From contig NC_092673.1 of the NCBI RefSeq assembly GCF_964355755.1, forward strand, positions 20,519,648 through 20,583,647: DNA of 64,000 nt, in the 5' to 3' direction. The notes beneath the pieces were generated by a model. That model saw only the letters and a list, made by a program, of their open reading frames with translations. It was not told the origin of the DNA and did no database searches. Position numbers and translations under genes: made by a program. Shown here piece after piece: positions 37,258 through 48,812 of this stretch. This DNA comes from Antedon mediterranea (taxonomy: Eukaryota > Animalia > Echinodermata). Positions within the stretch are counted from its first letter, which is position 1. Each line of letters begins with the position of its first letter.

Positions 37258-40200
37258 CTGTAAACAAATTACATTAAGAATTTTTATCAAAATTATGTAT
37301 TAGCCTAAAAATACAAAAGAAAAACTCTGGTACTTCGTTATGTCCTTTATTTTGAGCTTATTTCTTCTTGTATTGGTCACTTTGTGCCGACTTTAACAAT
37401 CTGTTTATTTTAGTATTTTTTTGCGTTTAATTTATAGATCGATTTAGTGGATTTGTATTTGTTTTTAACTTCTTTCTTCTAAATCTAATATTGAGTTTCT
37501 TTTATTAGTGTCCTTCCAGATTTTAAATATTCTTTAAAAAAGCTGTGAAACAACTGGAAAGTATTGATTTAGGCGGCGCTATTGGATTTCAGAGGAGGAG
37601 TGTGTACACAGTTGGCATTGAGATTGTTTTTTCGTATTACGCGACATAACATAACATAAGAACAATAAACCATGACAAAGAAAGAATTAAATAAAATTGT
37701 TTTATCGTGTACCCATAGATAGTATAATAACAAATTAAAAGCTAAACACCTTTTTAATTACTTACATTTTAGTCATGTTTGTCAATATCTGAAACGTCTT
37801 TTCCTGGTAATTGTTTAAGTTGTTATCTGTTAGGTTTCTGCAAAATAATATTGAATTGTAACTTTTTTCTAGCTTTAATCAACAAGTTACTGTTATCTAC
37901 GGTAGTAATTTTATGCATTTGGCAGCCATTTTAGTTTTGTTAAAGTCATGCTAAATTATATATGGTATGATGAGGGTGTTTTTAAAATATTTGTTTAATG
38001 TCATATTCACTCTAGGCTAGTCATTCAATTTTGTAGCCATGACATTTTTGCGGTCATATTGGAAGTAACATTCTTATTTTAGGAGATAGGCTACATTTGG
38101 AATGGGCATTTAATAGCCATTGTATATAGAAACCATTTAGAATTGTGACCGCCATCTTATATTTGTAGAGAGAAATCAGGCTGTTCCCAAGCTTATTTCA
38201 AATAGTATGGTGTTAGGGATGACGAAATTGTAAATTTGTCCTGGTTTGAATTATTCTAATTATTATACCAGGTTACAAGTAAGCTCTTTATACAATAAAC
38301 ATTTGGATACATTAACACCCGTCGCTGCTTCCAATGTTTTCTTTGCCCAAATTTTGATTCCAATTTCCATTAAAACAATCGACAGATATACAAAATGATT
38401 TAAAAGAAATGGCAAATTATTAAGAGTCGTTCAAGAAGATAGTTATATTATACTTACAAGAATGAAAGTGAGGAAGCAAAAGTTGTAAATGCCTCTTGAG
38501 CTATTGTAGTTATATCGTTGTTTTGTAAATACCTATTTTAAGAATAAAGAAATAAACTCAGAACCTCTCTTGTCTAAATCTCGTATGGATATCAGTATAA
38601 AGAAAAAATGGCGCGCTTTGTCGCCTAATGTACGTGTGGATATTGTAATCTGTAAAAATTTGATAAGTGAAACATTTGCAACGACCCGCTTTTAAATGCA
38701 ACGTATATTTTTTGTGTAGTGCTCTATTACTCTCAATCTCTATTTTCTTCTCAGGTCTGTACCTCAACTACCCTAAACACGTACTTTGTTAGGTAAAATA
38801 TAATTTTATCGGATCGGTACTTTGAACTCCCTAATACGCCATGTGCACACTCCTTCTTCTCGTCTACGAAGCATACTATGAGATTGGATTGTTGTCTCCG
38901 GTATAAACGTATAACTAATTTCAAAACTATCCAAACAAAAATACTTACAGAGTGTTCAATGATGTCAAACCAGCAAATATATTGGCTGGTAACACTCTTA
39001 TTTTGTTATCGTTCAAATCTCTAAAAAACAATGCAATTTATTAGGACTACTTCTACAACATTAATAGTTGAATATGCATGCGTTACACATTTCATAATGA
39101 TAAACAAACAGACATATATTTATAATACCACAGTAAAGGATGAAATTTCTTCCGATACCAGAAAGTAAAATGCTCTATAGAACGAGGTGCACAATGGTGT
39201 ATTTTTTCTCTTTAGGGTTATGACGAAATAGGCCTAACGCACTTACTTTTTATGAAAAAAAAATTTTCTAAAAACTATTTAGAAAAATGCATTTTGTAGC
39301 ATTACTCACAGTGTTTTTAATGCCTTCAAACCATCAAACGCGTGAGCTTCTATTAATAGTATTTGGTTACTTTGCAAATGCCTTCAAGTAATCAAAATTA
39401 ATTATCTCACTATGGCTATTATAACCAAATGTACTCGGTAAATTACATAATGTGGAGAATGATGAATAAATAAATAGTACATACAATTCGAAACAAGTAA
39501 ATTATTTATAGAATCTAGTCTCTCGTCCTGGGAGTTTAAAGTATAATTTTTCCAGTGAAAAAAACATCACTTACAGTGTTGACAATGCTTTCAAACCAAT
39601 AAATGTGTATGCCACCAATATTCGTATTTGGTAATTGTCTAAAGACCTAAAACAACAGAATTAATAATATTATTATTATGTAGGACATATTGCATAATCT
39701 TTAGGTGTGCAACTTTTATTCTCGTCGCTCTTTAACCACAAGACAATTTCAATTTTTCTGAAAAGACATTGTGCTGTGTACCTGTCATATTATAATGTGC
39801 GCTAATGGTAATTAGAATAATAATAATCATCAAAAGTGTTTAAATATTTTCATCATTGACATTAAAAAAAAATCTTTTTAAACTAAATCCAAAACATCTC
39901 GGGTCACATTCTATGGTCACCGTACAGATAGGCTACTACATCAGTACTTCTATGAATGGATGACTAGTTGGTGACAAGAACGCTAGTTGGTCATACTCAG
40001 TACCGTTTTGATTTTATGATCTTTCGGGAAACCACCTCACAACAGAATGTTTAAAATACTTACAGCTCTTTTAAAGCTTCCATATTGAAGAATGCTTTGT
40101 ATTCCAATGTTTGAATGTTGTTATTTTGCAATTTCCTTCGAAAAACAATAAGAGCAAGTTAATTTTTAAGTTTTTTAGGACTCACGTGACGCAACAAACA

Positions 40201-43200
40201 ATCAATAAGAAACATAATTCATTCATTATAAATTCTCATAGAATAAAAATTAAGTTTTATTATTCTATTTTAAATCATGTATTAAACTGTTCGTGTTGTG
40301 ATCCACTCTAATAGTGATTAGAAATGGTAAACAGCCAATAGGCAGACGACGACAAATAAAGTAACCAAGTATGACATAAATGAATAGATTTATATTTAAA
40401 ATCAAACATATTCTTGAATGGTATAGCTTGACTTTTAATTTAAAAAAAATATATCAATAAAAACACAATTTTAATTAAAATAGGCTACTTACAACTTTGT
40501 CAATGCAGTCAACCCAGTAAAAGCGTTAGTTTCCAAATTAGTTATTTGGTTATTGCGCAAATCCCTTAAAAAACAATAAAGAAATGAGCAGATTACACCT
40601 GACTGTATTCACTATTCATTTGATTGGAGACTAATAAAGATATTAAGTTTGCGGTACACCATGTATATTCGTTCTGAGAGAAACAGTTTTTTTCCAGAAC
40701 TGATATACGTGGTGTACCGCAAACTCTATATCAACATTTCGCCATGCAAACCTTCAAACAATATAGACTAATAAAAGTTTTCTATAAGATGGCTGAACAT
40801 GAGTACATGTTTCGATTATCTCAGTAATATACTTTGAACAATAACATTATTTCAAACTCGTCCCAAATAATGCTATAATATATTTATTATGTTTTGAAGA
40901 ATGCACTATAATATAATTAAAAATATTTAAACATATTACAATGTTTCCAATGCTTTCGAGCCATTAAATGTATATGATTTCAACTCCTTTATTTGGAAAC
41001 TATTCAAAGACCTGAAAATAACAGTAAACAGAAAATAAACATTATTGTTGTTATAAATTCAAAATTTTATTAACATTCACCTTAACATCAAGGTATGGTT
41101 AACAATAACATTAACAAAACAAAAACAAACAAAAAACAAACAAAACAAATATATAAAAGAAAAAGTAATAATAAAAGCATTCAATGTTGCATAAAGGTCG
41201 CTCAGTATCAGGTGGAGGCCTGAATAGTCGAGCGCCTTTCAAACGCCGAACATACATACTTCATCACTGGCTTGATGATATCGGGATCATTTGCACCCAT
41301 AATAAATAAAAACTTATCATTTTGTGACATATTTTTTAAGTTTACATTAAAATCTAGATCCGAGAATAATGCCGTTCTGATGTCATCATAAATGGGGCAA
41401 TATAGCATGAAGTGGATCTCATCTTCAATATCGCCGCCTTTACAAAGAGTACACAATCTATTGTTTACATCTGTTTTGGGGATTGTGTAGCGACCTCTCT
41501 CGATTTCGAGAGCATGCGCACTTACTCTTAGCTTGCTAAACTGACATCTTTTATTTCTTTTATATAATAACGTATAATTCTCTATACAGAAGGAATTTTT
41601 ATATGTACAAAAGGATCGTAATTTAGGTTGATGGTTTTGTATCATATTAAGCCATTGGTTATCATATTAAGCCATTGGTTATCATATTAAGCCATTGGTT
41701 ATCATATATATATTTTTAAACAGGCGCTATAGAGAGAGTTAGACCTATTTTAGAGAGTTAGGCGAATTTGTTCGCGCGAATTGAAAGGAACTTCAGCTTA
41801 CACGCATGCGTATAGCCAAGCTATACTCTCATGAGCACTCATGCGAATAAAAAAAAATCAGACACGCGATGAAAATGAAAATCGCATTTTCATGTTTCGA
41901 ATCTTTGGCTGTTGTATCAAATCCTCCAAACTAATGACAGAGATATGGTGTATTAAAGTCGGCTTACTTAAAACAGCCATGCTTATTTCTAGATGACTCT
42001 CAATAGTCTGTTAGACTCTATCTAGTGACAGCTACAGAATAGGATGCTATACAAACTACTTCTGCTCACTTTTCTTTCTGTCTTCAATTCAATTCAATTA
42101 ATTTATAATTCTTTCCAAAAATATAAGTTCTAATGCGCACATTAAACGCCAAATTCTCCAGAACAACCTTTCCCAACCACAATTCCAATGAACTACTTTA
42201 AGCATAGGATCCATATGTCATTTAACAATTTTGAAACTACCATGAAATGATATATTTCACCTGGGATTATTTGTTTGTTATCAACATGAAAGGTACATTG
42301 TATTATAGTTTAAAAAACACGACTACAACTATTTTAGTTTACTATCAAAACACTTACAAAGATTTCAGCGAGTTCAAACCATTAAAAGCATTGGCTGCAA
42401 TTGTACTTATTTGGTTTCCGAACAAATCTCTTAAAAGTAATATAAATAAGAAATTAAACACTTTTTCGCACTTGAATATGTTGATTTTCAATAATTTATA
42501 TAATCTCAATATTGAAATATAAACGTATAAAGCCCTATTTACACTAGGGCGATAACGATCGACGATAAATAGATAAACATACATTTTTCTTGCATAAAAC
42601 AAACGCAATTTTCCTTCTAGAACTATAGGATATTAATTTATGCTGTATTTTATAAAAATAATATTTTTAACAATCCAATCAAATGACGTCATAACGATCA
42701 ATAAAAACGATAAAATCGTTGTATTGTCACGATATTACTGCTCTTACTAATCATGACGTCATTTGATTGGATGTGTGGAAATATTCTTTTCATCAAAAGC
42801 AACATAGATGATAACTTTAAAAAATTCTTTTGTTTCGGGTATGAAAAATGCATATTCATCTTGTTATCGTCGATCGTTATCACCCTAGTGTAAATGGGCC
42901 TTTAGCCAGTAAAATCTGTTTCGCAAGGCAAAGAAATATTGAGGGCGCGCTGTTTAAAATATGACTGCAGTAAATTTGAACGAAGTGCAGGTACACGTGC
43001 AGTGCTTTTCCTGGGCCTAGCTTAGCATCGTATTGAGTTAGGACTCAAAATTGACCTCGCATGTTAGTAAATTACTTTCAATAAATTATCTATGATTATA
43101 TTATAACTTTAAATCATTCTTGGTTCAATGCAAAACGTTCCAAATAGATAATGCGTGTGTTGTAGCCTACTACAACTATTACTGACGATCTCGTCAACAC

Positions 43201-46108
43201 GATTACGCTGTACGAATATGAAATGGGATAAGCTCAAAAACAGTGTGACGTATCCGTTTTCGTAGCGTTTCGTAACCTTCTAATAATAACGCTAATCTAC
43301 GTACAAAATAACATACTTACAGTGTCTTTAGTGAATTTAAACCATCAAATGCATAGGTGTATAAAGTACTTATCTGATTAAAGTTCAAATTCCTTCAAAG
43401 TGAAAAAATGTCAAACAGGTCACATGAGCAGGCCTAAGTATTACAATCTTTCGTATTGTAATTATTATTTTTATACATTTTCATCTCAAAAAGTGAGTTT
43501 ATATTAAATGGAAGTGACGAACAGGCGTCTGTGTTTTGATTTAGAATCACAATAAATCGTTAAGAATGCTAATTTTCCTGCTGTGTATTACCAAAGATTT
43601 CTGATTTATTTTATATGAATTAGACCAATACAGATGAATTGAATTAATAATTGAATTAATTCCTAGCGTCTGTTTTTCCTCCAAATACTCTTAAAAACTG
43701 TATTAAAAAGTCACAATCGATAGTCTTTTTATCTGTATTAACTTTCTTCCAGCAGATGAAAATGTCCACGCTGTGTATTATGTATGTTATAGCTATTTCA
43801 TCTGGAAATGTATCCCTTGTGTATTCGTGGAAATTGATTGATTGTTCAATAATTTATATAACAATACGATAATTATTCATATGGTTTTTATTCAAGTTAA
43901 AATTTGAAAGTGTGCGTATACTTACAGATATTCCAATTCTGTCAAACCAGCAAATGTATGGGAACTTAATACACTTAGTTGGTTTCTGCGCAAATACCTT
44001 CAGAGTTAAAACAATCACTTGTGTTAAGTTTGGACTTTGGAATAAGAATGTGTTATGGTCGTGGAAAAGGGGTAGTGGTATTATAGATGTCTATCTTATT
44101 CTATTGTTGCAACGAATTTTGCACGGTCTAAGAAACAATAACAAGTTAAGTTATTGAATAATCTAACTAAATAATAAAAATTAGAATAAGTCAGTTTACT
44201 TTATTCGCAGAAAATATACACAATTGCTTAAAGTTGAGGTCATTATTTTGTAACAGTTGAGGTCATTATTTGGCAAAAATTGAGGTCAATATTTTTTTTA
44301 AAACTGACGTCATTATTTGGTAACAATGAATTTAAACACTACTTACAATGACTTCAATGATGACAAACCATCAAATGAGTTGGCTGACAGTGTTTTAATT
44401 CGGTTACTGCTCAAATGTCTTCAAAGTAAAATAGTACATTATTTCGTTTTATTTCTTTTATGTAGGCCCCTATTGCTATAAATCTATTATTATTCTGTGT
44501 ATTGTTCACAGTAATACACGAGTTTCTGTTTGATTTGATTAGTTTAGATCTTTTATTTGTACAACTAACTCCTTCTTTTCCCGTTGTCTAAGGTTGTTAA
44601 GCTACATTTATGTTGACTTTTGTCTCTATCTATCACTATCAAACTAGTCTGACAAAAAGTGTGACGAGCCCAAATATGATACACATTTTTTGTCACATAA
44701 AGTTTGATACTAGGTATAGTTATATTGTAAAATAAGGTGAAGATTCTTAAAATAATATAAAAAATGTGACGAAACTTACAGTTCTTTTAAATTATCCAAA
44801 CCTCTAAATTCATTGGCGGCCAAATTACCTAGGTTAGGCCTACTGTAAAAATACCTTACAGGTAGCAAAAAGAAGCAAGGTAAATTAAAGTTATGACAGT
44901 AAGACCGTTTAGGACTACAATATCACACTACTATGTAACTGTACTGTATCTACTGGATTTTAAGCAAACATACATATTATTTGTTACTTTTGTGTATTTC
45001 GCTTTTCATTTTATGTGTTTCTTATCCTTTAATTTAGAGTATCGTGTACTTGTTTAAATGCTGAAAGAGGAAGTACCTATGAATGAATCATTCATTTGTA
45101 GTGTACTGTAGTAACTATCAGTTCAAGAAATTCCTTCTAAATAGTAATATTATGTCTTTTTTTTTTCTAAAATGAGTTCAGGTCATACATATATTTCCCC
45201 ACTCCCCCACCCACAGAAACCATGTCTATTATGCCTACATGGCATTTCATACAGCACGTTATTTTTATATTATATCAAAATTCATTATAATACTTACAGT
45301 TTTTTAATTGGATGATGCGTATTAAATTTAATTATTTCCGAAATTAAACAATTAAACCAACAACTGACAAACTCAACGTAATCACAGTACCAATTAGTCT
45401 GACATAACATGCCTACCGTAAATAAATAATTATATGTAAGTGAGTGATGGTTAATTTTTAAAAATGATGGTAAAGGTCCAGGTTATACGTTCTTTGTTAA
45501 CGGTTTCTAGTCTTGAGGGCCCCTTGATTGTCAGTTTATGCTGTTTAGGGTCACCCTCACTAAATAAGGTTTGATAAAATAAATAAAAAAATTGTTTCTG
45601 GTACGGTGGTGGTACCTTACCACGCTGACTTTTTAAACTTAAAACGTTACTGTAGAACGTTCGAAATTTCAAGGCAAAGATCAAATGCCGTATTAAGAGA
45701 GTATGTACTATTATTTAAAGACAGAGTTCCTATGCAAAAGTAACATGCCATTTTTATTTTGATAATTACTAATAATATTATCCTAATTTATTTTGATTTT
45801 ATTACCTGTCTTTATAGTGAAATAACGTTCTCCAGAATAATCGCCACTAGTATCTTCATTTAAATCTAAAAGAAGTATATGAATTCATTTTCAGGAGTCT
45901 TTTCAGGAAACAACTGTAGTTACGTAGGAAAATAGGCTTGATTTCATCGAGTTTTAAAAGCAGACTTCTTTTATCAAACTTAAATGTGAAACTAAATAAA
46001 CTAACAAAAAAAATAATTCAATTCCATCTCACCGTTTGTTGAACAACTGCATAACGGTAAAACAACCGAAATGACAACAATTATAAAGATAGCCATCTTC
46101 TTCGGCAT
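36276..46108 (-). CDS. Leucine-rich-repeat GPCR (type C LGR / GRL101-RXFP-like, no LDLa), 17 coding exons, ~724 aa
   Basis: Exon1 46108-46033 (signal peptide MPKKMAIFIIVVISVVLPLCSC); exon2 45865-45806; exon3 45412-45298 (Cys-rich cap). 13 LRR exons: 44854-44780, 44418-44347, 43997-43926, 43392-43321, 42429-42358, 41011-40940, 40564-40493, 40135-40064, 39646-39575, 39381-39310, 39020-38949, 38532-38458, 37837-37766. 7TM exon 37257-36276. The total of 2175 nt stays in frame. Confidence 0.9.
37766..44854 (-). CDS. Array of 13 single-LRR exons (72 nt x11, 75 nt x2; all phase 2-2)
   Basis: Examples: HLSSNRIKTLSANSFDGLSSLKSL, DLRNNQITNLETNAFTGLTALTKL, DLNDNKIRVLPANIFAGLTSLNTL; each bounded by AG and GTAAGT/GTGAGT/GTAAT. 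Confidence 0.9.
41105..41705 (-). mobile_element. 5'-truncated CR1/L2-clade LINE 3' end in an LGR intron
   Basis: ORF2 C-terminus KLRVSAHALEIERGRY...RLCTLCKGGDIEDEIHFMLYCPIY; (TTTG)-rich tail; triplicated 20-mer at the 5' junction. Confidence 0.85.
42531..42901. mobile_element. MITE in an LGR intron
   Basis: AGCCCTATTTACACTAGGGCGATAACGATCGACGATAA / TTATCGTCGATCGTTATCACCCTAGTGTAAATGGGCCT. Confidence 0.8.
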
Positions 46109-48450
46109 TGCGTACTGATCCTTTAGTAAAGAAATGAATGCTCTGAATTGAAATCGCACAGATTCAACTCAATTTGTGCGATCATAAACAATTGTTAACA
46201 TACATTTTTAAAGAAGCTATTAGTGAAAACGCATTAATCACAATTCCTTAAGTTGTATTCATTTATTATGAAGCTGTGTTGAAAGACAGTCATGATGGTT
46301 ATTTAATTATTTATATAATTAATTATTTAATTAATTATTATTATTTCGCCCGAGACCTAATTTCAGTAACCTGGAGGTAATTTTCTATCTACGATGGACC
46401 ATTTTCAAAAATAATATTCTATTTCAATTTTATTTCTTCCAGTAAAACACTTAAAACATAACAATTAATTAATTATTTAGTAATTACTTTCAATGAACTG
46501 TACATAGGCCTACAATGTATTTGACTTATATCGAATTGTATTGATGTTTTTACATAGTGTTTTTATTACGAATGTAACAGGGAGCTGAGTCTCACATTTT
46601 AGAATTATCATGTGACAATAAGGTAAATATGTCTATGTCTATGTCAAATAAACACAATAATAGAATTTGAGTGCTAGGGGAGAGTTAAAGCAGAGAAAAC
46701 TATATCGCCGGTTATGGTGTCTCTGTCCAACTACCAAAATATACCAAAAACAATATATTTAATATAACAAATATTTCAATAAAGCAAGGATGTGTATTTG
46801 ACGGGCTAATGTTGCCCGTTTTTTTCTGGCTATTTTACTTTATCGTTTTGATTTATCTTTTTTTTGCATATGTTATGTTGTATCTCCATTGAGATCCAGC
46901 CACTGATACTTACAGCATTGTACTTTTTTTCAGTAATTTGCCTTTGGATTTATATTATATAATTTAGATAGATATCGGTCAAAGTGACCAGCGTAGGATA
47001 TAGATTATTCTGAAAACAAAAAATTACGAGATTCAAGAACAATTAGTAAAAACATGTATCAATGCAACAAGGCAAGACGGCCCTCTGTCCATTTTTTTCC
47101 GAGTCTGTGCACTTTGAAAGTTAGTTTATGTAGGCAGGTTAAAAGAGTTTTGTTTCAAGTGTGATAAAATGTCAACACAAAGCCACAAATATCAATGTTG
47201 AAACCCGAGAAGAACTAAAGAGATGGGAAGAAACACCCGAACTGGAGACGTAAGGCTATCAAGCAAAGACCAACACTGGCAAGATACTTCCGCAACAGAA
47301 AATGATTTCTTTTGCATGTACGGTGAAGCACCTAGAAACACCACCTTGTTGTCCACCTGGTATTAAGATTATTATTCCAGACAGCTCTCTCAATATCAAC
47401 ACTAACGCAATTGTATGTGTTGTGGAGGACTCGACGAACTCAAAAGTCTATACTGTTCAGAAGGCAAGGAACTAAACATCATTCCATAGCTCAGTTTCTG
47501 TACATGATATCACTGCACTGAATCGTTATTATGATTTCAAAAACAGGAATAAAAAGATTAAAATTAAAAATTCAATTTAATGCATCCCACTTGTAAAAGA
47601 TAACTTACAAGGTTAACAATGAACAAAATATAGAATTGGAGAATGCAAACAACAAAAAAGGTTAAAATAGGAAACAAAAATGTGACCTATGGAAGAATAT
47701 TTTTAATTAGATCCGACAATATTTTAACAATTACAAAAAATCTTAAGTTGATAATAAGCAAACACGTGTTTCAGTGGAGAGTTCTTTATAGGCCTAATTT
47801 AGGAATCAATGAATTATTCCACTTTCCTTCTTTAACTTAATTTATTTCATGCACTTAAGTGTTTGTTATCATATATTTTTAAAGAATCGTTTAGAGCGTT
47901 TAAACAATTTAGATAAATCTCAATGCCACATGTAATGCATAGAGAGAAAATTTGGAAACAAAGTTGGAATGTTCCATTTATCGCCAATCAATAGGTTTGT
48001 GCAAACGTATATTAAATCTATTAAAATAGTTTTGTTTTTATAAATGTGGTCTGTCCTCAACATTATGATGCTGCACTCGAGCTGTTTGACCAGCAATTAA
48101 AAATAATTATTGTAGTAGGAGATAGGTAAATGCGAAGCAACCTTGTATCATTGTGTGCAGGTATTTTTCAAGATGGACATCCATTAGACAGTGTATACCA
48201 CGATCGAAAAACACCCCTATTTGGGGCAAATCGTTGAACCTAAATTCGTTTTAATTGTCAATAACTAATTATCTAACTCAATTTAATTAGTAGCCTAAAC
48301 AGGGTTATATCAGGTGGTTAAAATCAGTATCGAAAGTACGAAACAACTTTATATACTAGCGAGTAAAGATTCTAGAAGTAACGCGCGATTTACCGAATAC
48401 TACCTAATACAAAAGACTCAATAGCAAATGTGCGAGTTAGTATTACAACG

Positions 48451-48812
48451 ATGAAAGAAATTAAAACGGAAAAACAGCTTTTAATCGACTCAAAATGTCA
48501 CCTGTATACACGACGGGCAATGTTAGTGATATGTATGTGTCTACAATTATCAGATGGAATTATGTGGATGCAGTACGCGGCAATATCAGGTGAAGTTGAG
48601 GAGTATTTTGTAGCTCCTTCAGCCATATAATTGACACGCTCGGTTCTATTTATTTCATTGCGTATGTATTCTTTATATTTCCCGCTTTATAAGTAGTAGA
48701 GAAAACCGATATTAAAACATCACCATAATAGGAGGCGGCTTAAATATGGTTGGATCATGGATTCGTTACATGACAATACTTTAACATTCAGTTTCCTTAA
48801 GCATATACGGTA
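48451..48812 (+). pseudogene. FLVCR/SLC49-family MFS transporter pseudogene, 5' part
   Basis: HLYTRRAMLVICMCLQLSDGIMWMQYAAISGEVEEYF resembles the FLVCR YxRRW...WIQY segment; followed by ITIIGGGLNMVGSWIRY; contains stops and frameshifts. Confidence 0.75.
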
